This document shows positions 24,254-35,479 of a stretch of DNA of 36,726 bases, piece after piece. Each line of letters starts with the position of its first letter. Within the stretch, counting starts at the first letter, position 1. Both the position numbers and the translations under genes were made by a program. Below the pieces are notes generated by a model. The model was not told the origin of the DNA. It worked only from the letters and a program-made list of their open reading frames with translations, and searched no databases. Origin of the DNA: Nemertoderma westbladi (taxonomy: Eukaryota; Animalia; Xenacoelomorpha); the NCBI GenBank assembly GCA_032718475.1, contig JAUCBJ010000241.1, positions 1 to 36,726 on the forward strand, written 5' to 3'.

Positions 24254-26332
24254 AGTAATTGTAATTATTACCAATTAATATATTCCTGGTATGGTGAATG
24301 ACGGTAATCTTGTATTACAATATAACAAGTGGGAATAGATCAATAGATTATGGGGATATTAAAATAATCCAATAATTTATTTCTACCTTATTTATTTTTA
24401 ATCTTTATTTATTTATTTATTCTACCTTATTTATTATCTATATGATGTTAATAATACGAAAGTTTTATTTAATTATTAAGACACAACAAGAGGGTAAAAC
24501 CGTACCGGTAGGTAACAAAACACAATTATAATCAAACAACTTAACCGTTGCATGCAAACTGCTGATCTGAGAGCACATCACAGACAGCCTCGGTTTCGCC
24601 CAACAGGTCTTTATCAGGCCTCCTGTATGGCATACTGCCTGCCATACAAGCATTCAATTATATTTTATTTATGTTAATAATAAATATAGTAAGAGGGAGA
24701 GAGAGTGATAACTATGTAATAATATTTCTAGATAAATCTAGAGAAACTATAATATAATTAATTATATGATATTATTCTCAATAATTATGAGGTTATTATT
24801 TTATTGCTACCAAATGAACAATGATATTTTACAGTCTCAGTATTGTTGCCTATATGCTCGTGCTCGGCTGGCGCTGGGTCAACTGTCTCATTTAGTGCAT
24901 GGCGGTTCTACAGTCTCGTAATTAATGACCTATTTCTCGTGGGATTTATGAGGGACCAGAATGTTAATAATATATTTTTCATAGCGAACGTTGGAAAATT
25001 TGTGTGAACAGTGAAAGTTGGACGGTTATCATCGAGGTTCAAACTGTAGTGGCTAATTTTTCAAAAACTGTCCCTGAAGTGACGAACAGCTGTTTACAGT
25101 CAGAGTGTGATTTTGTGATGCGATTCAGACGAGATGCAACTGGCAGCCATTAATTCCGCTGAAGTAGAAAGTCACATTTCGAGTCACGTTTGGGTTAACC
25201 CCGGGGAATATACAGAGCGCCTCGATCATCTACTACTTATCCCGGTTCAACAGGGCGGGTTTGGTATCGAATTTGGTTCGAATGTCCATATCTACCTATT
25301 TCCCAACCAACATCAAATATTTTTAAAATTTGGAATCGGCCAGCTTTTCACTAGTTTTTCACCAAGTTTAGCTTTTCACCAAATCTCTATAAAGTTGAAG
25401 AATAACTGCAGTACGACTGTCAGTAACTACTAGCAGTACGACTGGTGTAATATCGAAGGAGACACTTATTTTAAACGCTTTGTAGCGAAAGGTTGATAGA
25501 AAGAATACAATTTATGGGAAGCGAAACTCTGTCTGTTTCAAGTTTTATGCAATCTCATTGGATTTGTAGAAAAATTAGTGCGTCCGTGTCATTGAATTAC
25601 GACACTGTTCCGTTTAAGTCTTGTACTTGTCAATGAATCTGAATATAGAACTTTAAATGGTCGCGGTAACCGAAATGACACAAATAGCTAATACTACCGC
25701 TGCCAAAAGCACAATCTAGTGTTTCGGCAGCCTCATGGAGAAAATAAGCAAGGTGGAAGGCCCATGACTTTCTTAAAACTCGAAACTATTTGGGGATAGG
25801 GAGTTATTTGTACTTTAAGTTTTCTCATCGTTCTGGATATAATATGTACAATGTAAAGTGATACTTTGTAGTGGAAAATACTCGTATGTATTCCTATATT
25901 TAAAAATGTCAGCATTATTTATTAAGCCCGATAACTTTCTGTACGAGGCTCACACGCTTGTATGAATTTTATATTGATCTAAAAAGGCATCAAGATTAGA
26001 AGATTATTTACGAAATATTATGAAGAAGTAAGATTCTAATAATAATATAAAGAAATTATATTTAATGATTACATATAGGATAACTTATTTAATATTTAAT
26101 ATCACAACAGAGTTTTTATTTATAATTTGGAACGGATACAATCTCCCAGTAAATACTGAATCTTGGCACAAAATTATTTATTCTTCACAACTGTAGCTTT
26201 TTCTACATGGGTGTGGGTAATATACGCGCTCACTTTCATACAATATATTAATTATTGTGTATCAGATTTTCTGTAAGTGTACTTGGATACTATGGGCAAG
26301 CAAAATTACCTTATCAAACATTAAACTATTTA

Positions 26333-26340
26333 AATAATAC

Positions 26341-26389
<49 letters not shown>
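26333..26389 (+). repeat. (AAT)n microsatellite
   Basis: Direct inspection. Confidence 0.95.
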
Positions 26390-26439
26390 AGCGTAACGGG
26401 AAAAAAGCTTTAAATATCCATGGAACGTTTAGTTCATTA

Positions 26440-26492
26440 CTACACTACTACTACTACTAGGTCGAGCGAACTCGGTCGGAGAGTGGAAATGG
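26440..26492 (-). mobile_element. Extremely truncated 3' end of the same RTE family
   Basis: actactactaggtcgagcgaactcgg..agtggaaatg is nearly identical to 27788-27825, including the (TAG)n tail. Confidence 0.75.
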
Positions 26493-26789
26493 TAATTAGT
26501 AATTAACTAACTAGTAATTACTTAATTACATAAAAAAAAACACCTTCAGCCAATATAGCGAGCTGAAGTTGTTAATGAAGGGAGCAGGTTACAGATTCCG
26601 AGATTTCTGACCAAAACAATAAACTATTCCGGTAAGAATACAGAGAAAGGAGCAAGTATTATGCGAATTTTTCTAACCAAAACAAAAAAAAATTTATTTT
26701 GTAAAAAATCCACAAAGGCCCCTAGTGCACATGCTCTTATTAATAGAAACGCATTCCTAATCTGACTGTCTGCAAAATGCGATGCACCG

Positions 26790-27750
26790 GTTATATTGAA
26801 AAATATCGAGACATGAAAAATATCGAGAGTAAAAATAACGAGTGTTGAAAAATAACGATAATAACGAGAGTTCAACAAATATCGAGAGTAAAAATATCGA
26901 GTGTTTAAAAATATCGAGAGTAAAAATATCGAGAGTTTTTAATATATTTTTTTAAGGGTTGTATGATAATTTTAAAAAACTTTTTTTTTTAATAAGGGTT
27001 GTATGAGAATTTTTTCCTAAACATGTTCTAGTAAAACAAAATGTGTTCTAGAACAAAAATATTTATCAACATTGGTAGCATACACGTGTTCTATAACACT
27101 TATAAAATGAAGAACTTAACTATTTTAAAACAATAAAAATGTGATATAGAACTAAAAAATGTGTTCTAGAACAAAAATATTTATCAAAATTGATAGCTAG
27201 CACTTCTTCTACAATATTTATAAAAAAATAGCAAAACCTAACTAGTATAATAAATCTGGTAAATTTATTTGCCATTTATTTGCACTTTCACTGTTGTAAC
27301 CAACCTATGCACTCTGCAATATTGCCCCATAATTCTAAATAAAATGCTTACACAAAATGCAATATTTTTACTCTCGATATTTTTCAACACTCCATATTTT
27401 TCAACACTCGTTATTTTTACTCTCGATATTTTTCAACACTCGATATTTTTACTCTCGATATTTTTCAACACTCGATATTTTTATTCTCGATATTTTTACT
27501 CTCGATATTTTTCAACACTCGATATTTTTCAACACTCGATATTTTTCAACACTCGATATTTTTCAACACTCGATATTTTTACTCTCGATATTTTTCAACA
27601 CTCGATATTTTTACTCTCGATATTTTTCAACACTCGATATTTTTCAACACTCGATATTTTTTAACACTCGATATTTTTCAACACTCGATATTTTTACTCT
27701 CGATATTTTTTAACACTCGTTATTTTCGATATTTTTCATCTCGCAAAAAC
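26790..27750. mobile_element. Foldback-type MITE with inverted arrays of 15/17-bp repeats
   Basis: (aaaaatatcgagagt / gtgttg)n at 26795-26935 and the reverse-complement array (ctcgatatttttcaaca / ttact)n at 27360-27740 flank an AT-rich core that contains a ~120-bp direct repeat. Confidence 0.7.
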
Positions 27751-27783
27751 TTACTGGAGAACTTAATGTACAATTACATTTGT

Positions 27784-28950
27784 TACAACTACTACTAGAT
27801 CGAGCGAACTCGGACAGTGGAAATGAGATCCTTCCAGGCTTCCCGATTCTCCATAGTTGTCGCAATTTCGTTTCTCCCAAGTTCAGTATCCATTTCAAGC
27901 TGGTCTATAAATGTGAGAGCCGGTCGTCCACTGGTACGCTTTCCATGAGTTGGTTGCCAGTAAAGTAGATCTGGTATGACCTCGTCTTTACTTCGCCAGC
28001 AGTGCCCACTGAATCTTAATCTGCGTTCACGGATGGTGGTTGATACAGGTGGTATTGTACCATAAAGCTCGGCGTTTGTCATGTGTTGTCTCCAGCTGAT
28101 GTTTAGGGCCGCCCTTAGGAGTCTTGTGTATCAACCATCAATTCGGTGTTCAAATGATTTCGTCAGTGTCCAGGTCTCACCCCCGTATAAAGTACACTTT
28201 CCACTGTGGCTCGAAAGAACTTAGTCTTCAGGAACCTGGTGAGATCTGATATCCAGACGGTATCCATTTTTGATAGAGCTACCCTTCCCACCCATCCTTT
28301 GCTTTCCTAACTTCTATGTCTTTTTTGCTACTCTCTATCCATGACCCAAAGTACTGGAAATTGTCAACCTTCCTTAGTTGATTATTAACAATTGTTGTCA
28401 AGTTTCAATCAACATTAAAAGTCATGATTTCGGTCTTGGTAGCATTTATATGCAATCCAACCTCCTTTCAGTCCTCTCCACTTTATTCAGTAGAAGCTGG
28501 GCATATGCTAGGGTATTAGAGAGCTGGGCGATGTCATCCGCAAAGTCTGTGTCTGTGACTGTAGTTGCCGGATATCTACTACTTCTGCGTTCTTGAAGTG
28601 TGAATCCCAGATCTTCACCCTTTGTGGCCGTCCTCATTGCGTTATCCAGTACAATTACCAATCAATAGCAATGGCGCCAATGTCTCACCTTGCAGTATAC
28701 CAGCCAGGATTGAGAAGAACTCAGTTTCACCATCTTGTGAGAGTACCTGAGCTTCTGTGTCACAATATAATAATCCAATTCCATCCACAATTACCTCTGG
28801 TATAACATAAACTCTTAGGATTTCAAGCATTTTACCTCTATGGATGGAGTCGAATGCTTTCTTGAAGTCCACAAAAGTCAGGACAGCGGGGAGATTGTTT
28901 GACTTAATTCCCTCAATCAGTCTCCGTAGCGCAAGTACAGTATCTGAGCA
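27784..28950 (-). mobile_element. RTE-clade LINE, 5'-truncated and frameshifted
   Basis: VDFKKAFDSIHRGKMLEIL, GILQGETLAP, DTDFADDIA, FQYFGSW, RERRLRFSGHCWR...GRPALTFIDQL. ORF ends directly in a (TAG)n tail. Confidence 0.93.
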
Positions 28951-29143
28951 ATTATTGTTGATGTGGTTAAAATCCGTTTTGGCTCTTACGCAGCAGTTTC
29001 TCTATGTGAGGTTTAATTCTATATAGAATCACTACATTAGAATTCATTATTGTTAACGTTAAACAACAAATCCACAATTTTGTCTCTGGTTCTTCTTAGT
29101 TTTCAACTCTCATAATCTAAACTCACAATAATCAAAATATCGA

Positions 29144-30090
29144 TGGTACAGTATACAGCTACAGTAGTACAGTATAGCTGGTACAGTATACAGCTAGTAC
29201 AGTATAGCTGGTACAGTATACAGCTAGTACAGTATAGCTGGTACAGTATACAGCTAGTACAGTATAGCTGGTACAGTATACAGCTAGTACAGTATAGCTG
29301 GTACAGTATACAGCTAGTACAGTATAGCTGGTACAGTATACAGCTAGTACAGTATAGCTGGTACAGTATACAGCTAGTACAGTATAGCTGGTACAGTATA
29401 CAGCTAGTACAGTATAGCTGGTACAGTATACAGCTAGTACAATATAGCTGGTACAGTATAGCTGGTACAGTATACAGCTAGTACAGTATAGCTGGTACAG
29501 TATAGCTGGTACAGTATACAGCTAGTACAGTATAGCTGGTACAGTATGCAGCTAGTACAGTATAGCTGGTACAGTATACAGCTATATACAGTATAGCTGG
29601 TACAGTATACCGCTAGTACAGTATAGCTGGTACAGTATACAGCTAGTACAGTATAGCTGGTACAGTATACAGCTAGTACAGTATAGCTGGTACAGTATAC
29701 AGCTAGTACAGTATAGCTGGTACAGTATAGCTGGTACAGTATAGCTGGTACAGTATAGCTGGTACAGTATACAGCTAGTACAGTATAGCTGGTACAGTAT
29801 ACAGCTAGTACAGTATAGCTGGTACAGTATACAGCTAGTACAGTATAGCTGGTACAGTATACAGCTAGTACAGTATAGCTGGTACAGTATACAGCTAGTA
29901 CAGTATAGCTGGTACAGTATAGCTGGTACAGTATACAGCTAGTACAGTATAGCTGGTACAGTATACAGCTAGTACAGTATAGCTGGTACAGTATACAGCT
30001 AGTACAGTATAGCTGGTACAGTATACAGCTAGTACAGTATAGCTGGTACAGTATACAGCTAGTACAGTATAGCTGGTACAGTATACAGCT
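29144..30090 (+). repeat. 30-bp (16+14) minisatellite, about 31 copies
   Basis: Unit ggtacagtatacagctagtacagtatagct, with occasional 14-bp monomer runs. Confidence 0.98.
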
Positions 30091-30339
30091 ATATAGTTAC
30101 TTTGTAAGATGCTGTGTATATGGCAATTCTTTACGGTAAAACAATTGGGCGCTAGTAAACATTGAATGACCACTGTCAATTGAATGTACCGAGCAGTTAT
30201 GTCTTCTCGGAACTATTTCTGAGTGAGCGATATACCAATGCTCTGACGATAATAAAGGTAAATGAAAGTTACGTGTATCAACAGTTCCGGGAATATGTGG
30301 TTACATTAATCTGAGGGGTATGTTTGATAAAATATAGTA

Positions 30340-31554
30340 CCTAATTCGGGGTGACTTGATACAGTTTTTGCCTTTAACTGTGAATATCTTCTGAAGTTTT
30401 TATCCTACACAGATGGAATAAAAAGAAAATTTTATTGTCGGGATGAGTACTACGCCAGTAGACTAAAGCACTATTTCAGGTGCTTAGTCTAGTGGTGTTT
30501 TTTTCTTAAAAACCAGCTGTATCAAGTCACCCCACATAACGGGGTGACTTGATAAACAAGCAAATTTTCCGCAATAATACCACTCTGTGAATGAGTTTGG
30601 ATCATGTTGTAGGCTGTGGGGGTGACTTGATACATCTTGGAAATTTTAAAAAAAGAACGAAGTACCCACCTAACAGGGATATAAAATTATGGCTAAAATT
30701 AAAAATAACTCAATTTTTTATGGCAAAATATTTCATATTTAACAAGTTAAATTGCACTTTAAAAACGAAAAAGACCTTCATTGCATAATGACATCCTGCT
30801 GTCCTGACACCAGTAAGTAAGACAATACATTTTAGAAAAAATTGGAAACTAAAACAATGAATTTAAGCACAAATTTTGCAAATTTAAGGTTTAACTGTCT
30901 AAGTAAAGATAAAATATTTTAGAAAATTTAACATATATCAATATTTATCAAGTTAAATTTAAGTTTAAAAGCGAAAAAGACTTTCTTGCATTGTGACATC
31001 CTGACACCAGTAAATAAGACAAAACATTTTAGAAAAAACTGCAAACTAACATTTTGCCAAATCAACGTGTAAGTCACAGGTATCAGAACATTTTAATCCT
31101 TTAATAAGGTGAAATTTAATTTTTCGCCTACAATATACCGTATATATGTATCAAGTCACCCCATTTTAAGATACACTTTCAAAAAACAGGCACTCCACCC
31201 CCAATTCATATGAAAATTTGTAAATTTTTTTTAGGATCATAATATTCAAACTCATGTATTAGCATCTGTAAAAATAATTTTTGAACAACATTAACCCAAA
31301 GTGTCAAAAATTCGACCTATATTTTGACATTAAAAAAAAGTGAATTTTTGAAAAATGCATTTTTGGCTCTAGTGATCACAAATGCGAAGCAATGACAAAA
31401 TTTATTTTACTATTTGATAGACAATTTATTCAGACATCTTCTAATATTTCAATTTTTATCATAACATCACGCAATCACCCACAATCCGTTAAAGAAAAAA
31501 GTATAACTTGCTGTATCAAGTCACCTAAATGTATCAAGTCACCCCGAATTACGG
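30340..31554. mobile_element. Non-autonomous pogo/Tc1-mariner-like DNA transposon (MITE, about 1.2 kb)
   Basis: TIR cc(g)taattcggggtgacttgataca ... tgtatcaagtcaccccgaattacgg flanked by TA on both sides. Internal copies of ggggtgacttgata near 30520, 30541, 30619, 31149, 31513. No transposase ORF. Confidence 0.85.
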
Positions 31555-32139
31555 TACAAACTCAAGCTAGGACCTGTTATATATATATCCATACATATAT
31601 ATAACATATACCTTTAGGGTATATGTTTATTTATGCGGAAACCAATCATGGTATCAATCTACGGTAAATCGGAACGGAACAATTTCCATGAAATACTTAA
31701 TTTGGTTAGATATAGTGAAGAATACATTCATATAAATGTGACACGATATATTGCGTTTCCTTTATGATAAGTAATAACAATTAACCTAACGAAGTTGAAA
31801 TCATTTTGTTATATGATTTTATCAGCTACTGTACCACAAGCAGACAGATCCCACGATAGTTTGTTGAAAACAAACATTTGTTAGATCTTACAAACTATTA
31901 ATCTTAGCCTAAATTGACGTATTGCTCAACTTATATACATAACTAGGGGATACATACTGCAATTAGAAATTACCTTACATACTTGAACTATTTTGCTTAA
32001 AATTATTTGATTCATTTGTATTGTGCTATAATTCATGCTATAAATATTAAGTGATTTTATGCTGTCAGATTATTGAATCAGTCGAGTTGAACAAATCTGG
32101 CATAACAAATTGCATTATACACGTCTATTTCGTTCTTTT

Positions 32140-32280
32140 GGGAACTTTTCGGTATTTTGAGGTTCTTTTGGGTGTTTTGGGGTTCTTTTAGGTTCTATTT
32201 GTTTGTTTTGGGTGGTTATTTTTTGTTCTATTATTGGTTCTTTTGGGTATTTTTTTGGTTCTTTTGGGATTTTATTTGGA
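32140..32280 (+). repeat. Degenerate ggttcttttg repeat
   Basis: Low-complexity ~10-bp units; explains the spurious PKEP ORF at 32115-32384. Confidence 0.7.
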
Positions 32281-32655
32281 CCGCTACCAAAATGAGGTAG
32301 AGCCGTTTGATCAGTCGATAAATCAACTTCGGGATGCAGTGGCGTCGCCTCATGAGCTCTAAAAGTGGGGAATATCCGACTCATCGGCTAACTAATGGTA
32401 CCGGTGGGACTATAAAATTAACCTTTAATATTCATAGTGCATGCACATAATTATGTTATAGTTATAGCATCAGGAGTGTAACTGTAGTTACTGGTACACA
32501 CACGGAGAACAACAAATACTGTAATGGAACATGACTCAATATATAGGCTACATTTTATTGCTCAACCGCACTTTTACTATTTTGGGCTGCGGAAAACATA
32601 TTAATAATTTACAGGAATTAACAATATTGACCTATTTTTACTGTTTTTTTTTCAG

Positions 32656-32778
32656 GAGAATATATCAAGAACTGGCGACCGCGATATTTTCAGTTGCGTA
32701 GCGACGGTTCATTTGTTGGTTACAAAGTGAAACCTGCAACTAAAGATACGGAACCTCTAAATAGTTTCTCGGTTGTTC
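32656..32778 (+). CDS. Akt: Akt/PKB coding exon 2 (PH domain)
   Basis: Acceptor ttttttttcAG, donor C|GTAAGT. Translates (G)[40 protein letters not shown](Q), matching AKT GEYIKTWRPRYF...PLNNFSV. Phase 1/1 joins exons 1 and 3 in frame. Confidence 0.97.
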
Positions 32779-32818
32779 GTAAGTCAATGTCAGATAGGGG
32801 GGGGGGGGGGGGGGGACC

Positions 32819-33103
32819 TGTACATAAGGTACTGGGGGACCTTGAGTGCAGCCAAAACATGTACATAAGGTACTGGGGGACCTTGAGTGCAGCCAAAACA
32901 TGTACAAAAGGTACTGGGGGACCTTGAGTGCAGCCAAAACATGTACATAAGGTACTGGGGGACCTTGAATGCAGCCAAAACGTGTACATAAGGTACTGGG
33001 GGACCTTGAGTGCAGCCAAAACATGTACATAAGGTACTGGGGGACCTTGAGTGCAGCCAAAACATGTACATAAGGTACTGGGGGACCTTGAGTGCAACCA
33101 AAA
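32819..33103 (+). repeat. 41-bp minisatellite, 7 copies, in Akt intron 2
   Basis: Unit tgtacataaggtactgggggaccttgagtgcagccaaaaca, preceded by a poly-G run. Unrelated to the other 41-bp array. Confidence 0.97.
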
Positions 33104-33782
33104 CGGCTTCATATAATCTGAAACCTTTACAGAATTTTGGTACTCAATAAGTCTACAATTATTTCTATATAGTGTGGTATATCCGTGAAAAACTCAGTTT
33201 CTCATAGCAACCTAAAAATTCTGAAATTTTTGAATTCATCAAATTTTAAAACAGCTCTAACACTAAAACTATAATAAATGCTAGCAACTTAGAAGTAACT
33301 TCTACCCCCAATATATAATAGTTATATGCTATCACTTTGTGAATATATAATAGTTATGCTATCACTTTGTGGTTTTCTGGTTAACATGTCATGGGTGGAA
33401 GGGGGGTAAAGGGTTGATGTCTGGTGTTATCTAGGTAACAAACATAAAATAATAACTGCAATATGAAATACACCAAAATAAAATAAAAACCCAAGGCTAG
33501 ATATATCATGGGAGTTGTAGGCCAACTAAGAAGCACTATTACAAATGCCGCAGTTGTCTTTGAGACATCAATGAAGTTGATCAAAATATAGTATTTAGGT
33601 ATATTGTATAAAAAAAATACCTTGGGGTACAGTTACCAACATTCTCTTTCGTTGCTTGGTAGCTACTGAAAGTTTAATTACAAACATTAATCTCGTTATT
33701 AGATTAATTATTTATTTTTGGTGAATTTCATAATTCTAGTATTTAATTTACACTTAAGTTTGTTACTAATTAAATTTTGCAG

Positions 33783-33894
33783 AATGTCACGTAATGAGAA
33801 CGGAACGTCCAAAACCGAACTCATTCTTAGTTCGCTGCCTCCAGTTAACTACATTAATAGAGCGAACCTTTAACGTTGACACGGTCCAGTCAAG
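33783..33894 (+). CDS. Akt: Akt/PKB coding exon 3 (PH domain); downstream exons not found in window
   Basis: Acceptor aattttgcAG, donor AG|GTAAGA, 112 nt. Translates (Q)[36 protein letters not shown](R) versus AKT1 [38 protein letters not shown]. Confidence 0.97.
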
Positions 33895-35253
33895 GTAAGA
33901 CAGAGAGCTAAACATTAATAGAGTGAACCTTTAACGTTGACACGGTCCAGGCAAGGTAAGACAGCGAGCTAAACATTAATAGAGTGGACCTTTAACGTTG
34001 ACACGGTCCAGTCAAGGTAAGACAGAGAGCTAAACATTAATAGAGTGGACCTTTAACGTTGACACGGTCCAGTCAAGGTAAGACAGAGAGCTAAACATTA
34101 ATAGAGTGGACCTTTAACGTTGACACGGTCCAGCCAAGGTAAGACAGCGAGCTAAACATTAATAGAGTGGACCTTTAACGTTGACACGGTCCAGGCAAGG
34201 TAAGACAGCGAGCTAAACATTAATAGAGTGGACCTTTAACGTTGACACGGTCCAGTCAAGGTAAGACAGAGAGCTAAACATTAATAGAGTGGACCTTTAA
34301 CGTTGACACGGTCCAGGCAAGGTAAGACAGCGAGCTAAACATTAATAGAGTGGACCTTTAACGTTGACACGGTCCAGTCAAGGTAAGACAGAGAGCTAAA
34401 CATTAATAGAGTGGACCTTTAACGTTGACACGGTCCAGTCAAGGTAAGACAGCGAGCTAAACATTAATAGAGTGGACCTTTAACGTTGACACGGTCCAGG
34501 CAAGGTAAGACAGCGAGCTAAACATTAATAGAGTGGACCTTTAACGTTGACACGGTCCAGTCAAGGTAAGACAGAGAGCTAAACATTAATAGAGTGGACC
34601 TTTAACGTTGACACGGTCCAGTCAAGGTAAGACAGCGAGCTAAACATTAATAAAGTGGACCTTTAACGTTGACACGGTCCAGGCAAGGTAAGACAGCGAG
34701 CTAAACATTAATAGAGTGGACCTTTAACGTTGACACGGTCCAGTCAAGGTAAGACAGCGAGCTAAACATTAATAGAGTGGACCTTTAACGTTGACACGGT
34801 CCAGTCAAGGTAAGACAGCGAGCTAAACATTAATAGAGTGGACCTTTAACGTTGACACGGTCCAGTCAAGGTAAGACAGAGAGCTAAACATTAATAGAGT
34901 GGACCTTTAACGTTGACACGGTCCAGTCAAGGTAAGACAGCGAGCTAAACATTAATAGAGTGGACCTTTAACGTTGACACGGTCCAGTCAAGGTAAGACA
35001 GAGAGCTAAACATTAATAGAGTGGACCTTTAACGTTGACACGGTCCAGTCAAGGTAAGACAGAGAGCTAAACATTAATAGAGTGGACCTTTAACGTTGAC
35101 ACGGTCCAGTCAAGGTAAGACAGCGAGCTAAACATTAATAGAGTGGACCTTTAACGTTGACACGGTCCAGTCAAGGTAAGACAGAGAGCTAAACATTAAT
35201 AGAGTGGACCTTTAACGTTGACACGGTCCAGTCAAGGTAAGACAGAGAGCTAA
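33851..35253 (+). repeat. 61-bp minisatellite, 23 copies, derived from the Akt exon 3 / intron 3 junction
   Basis: Unit acattaatagagtggacctttaacgttgacacggtccagtcaag|gtaagacagagagctaa. The first copy overlaps the last 44 nt of the exon. Confidence 0.98.
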
Positions 35254-35479
35254 AGATCATGAGGTGAAATCCAATGAACGTAACTTCGTATCTTAACCAG
35301 TTATTAGATACTTCGCACCTGGCATACAGGTATTTAGTGGGGGCGGGGGAGGGGGGCATTGGGCCACCACCCCCATTCCCCTACTGAGCAAACATAAAAG
35401 CATACAATAATGGCTTAAATTGTTTCCGCTCTCTCCGCTTGCAGTTCTTGGATTTTCATACATTGCTTGTGTAGTGTTT

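Noticed and set aside
27269-27713. Repetitive ORFs, also those at 29143-30179, 32115-32384 and 32720-33112
   Set aside because: Translations of tandem repeats with no other coding evidence.
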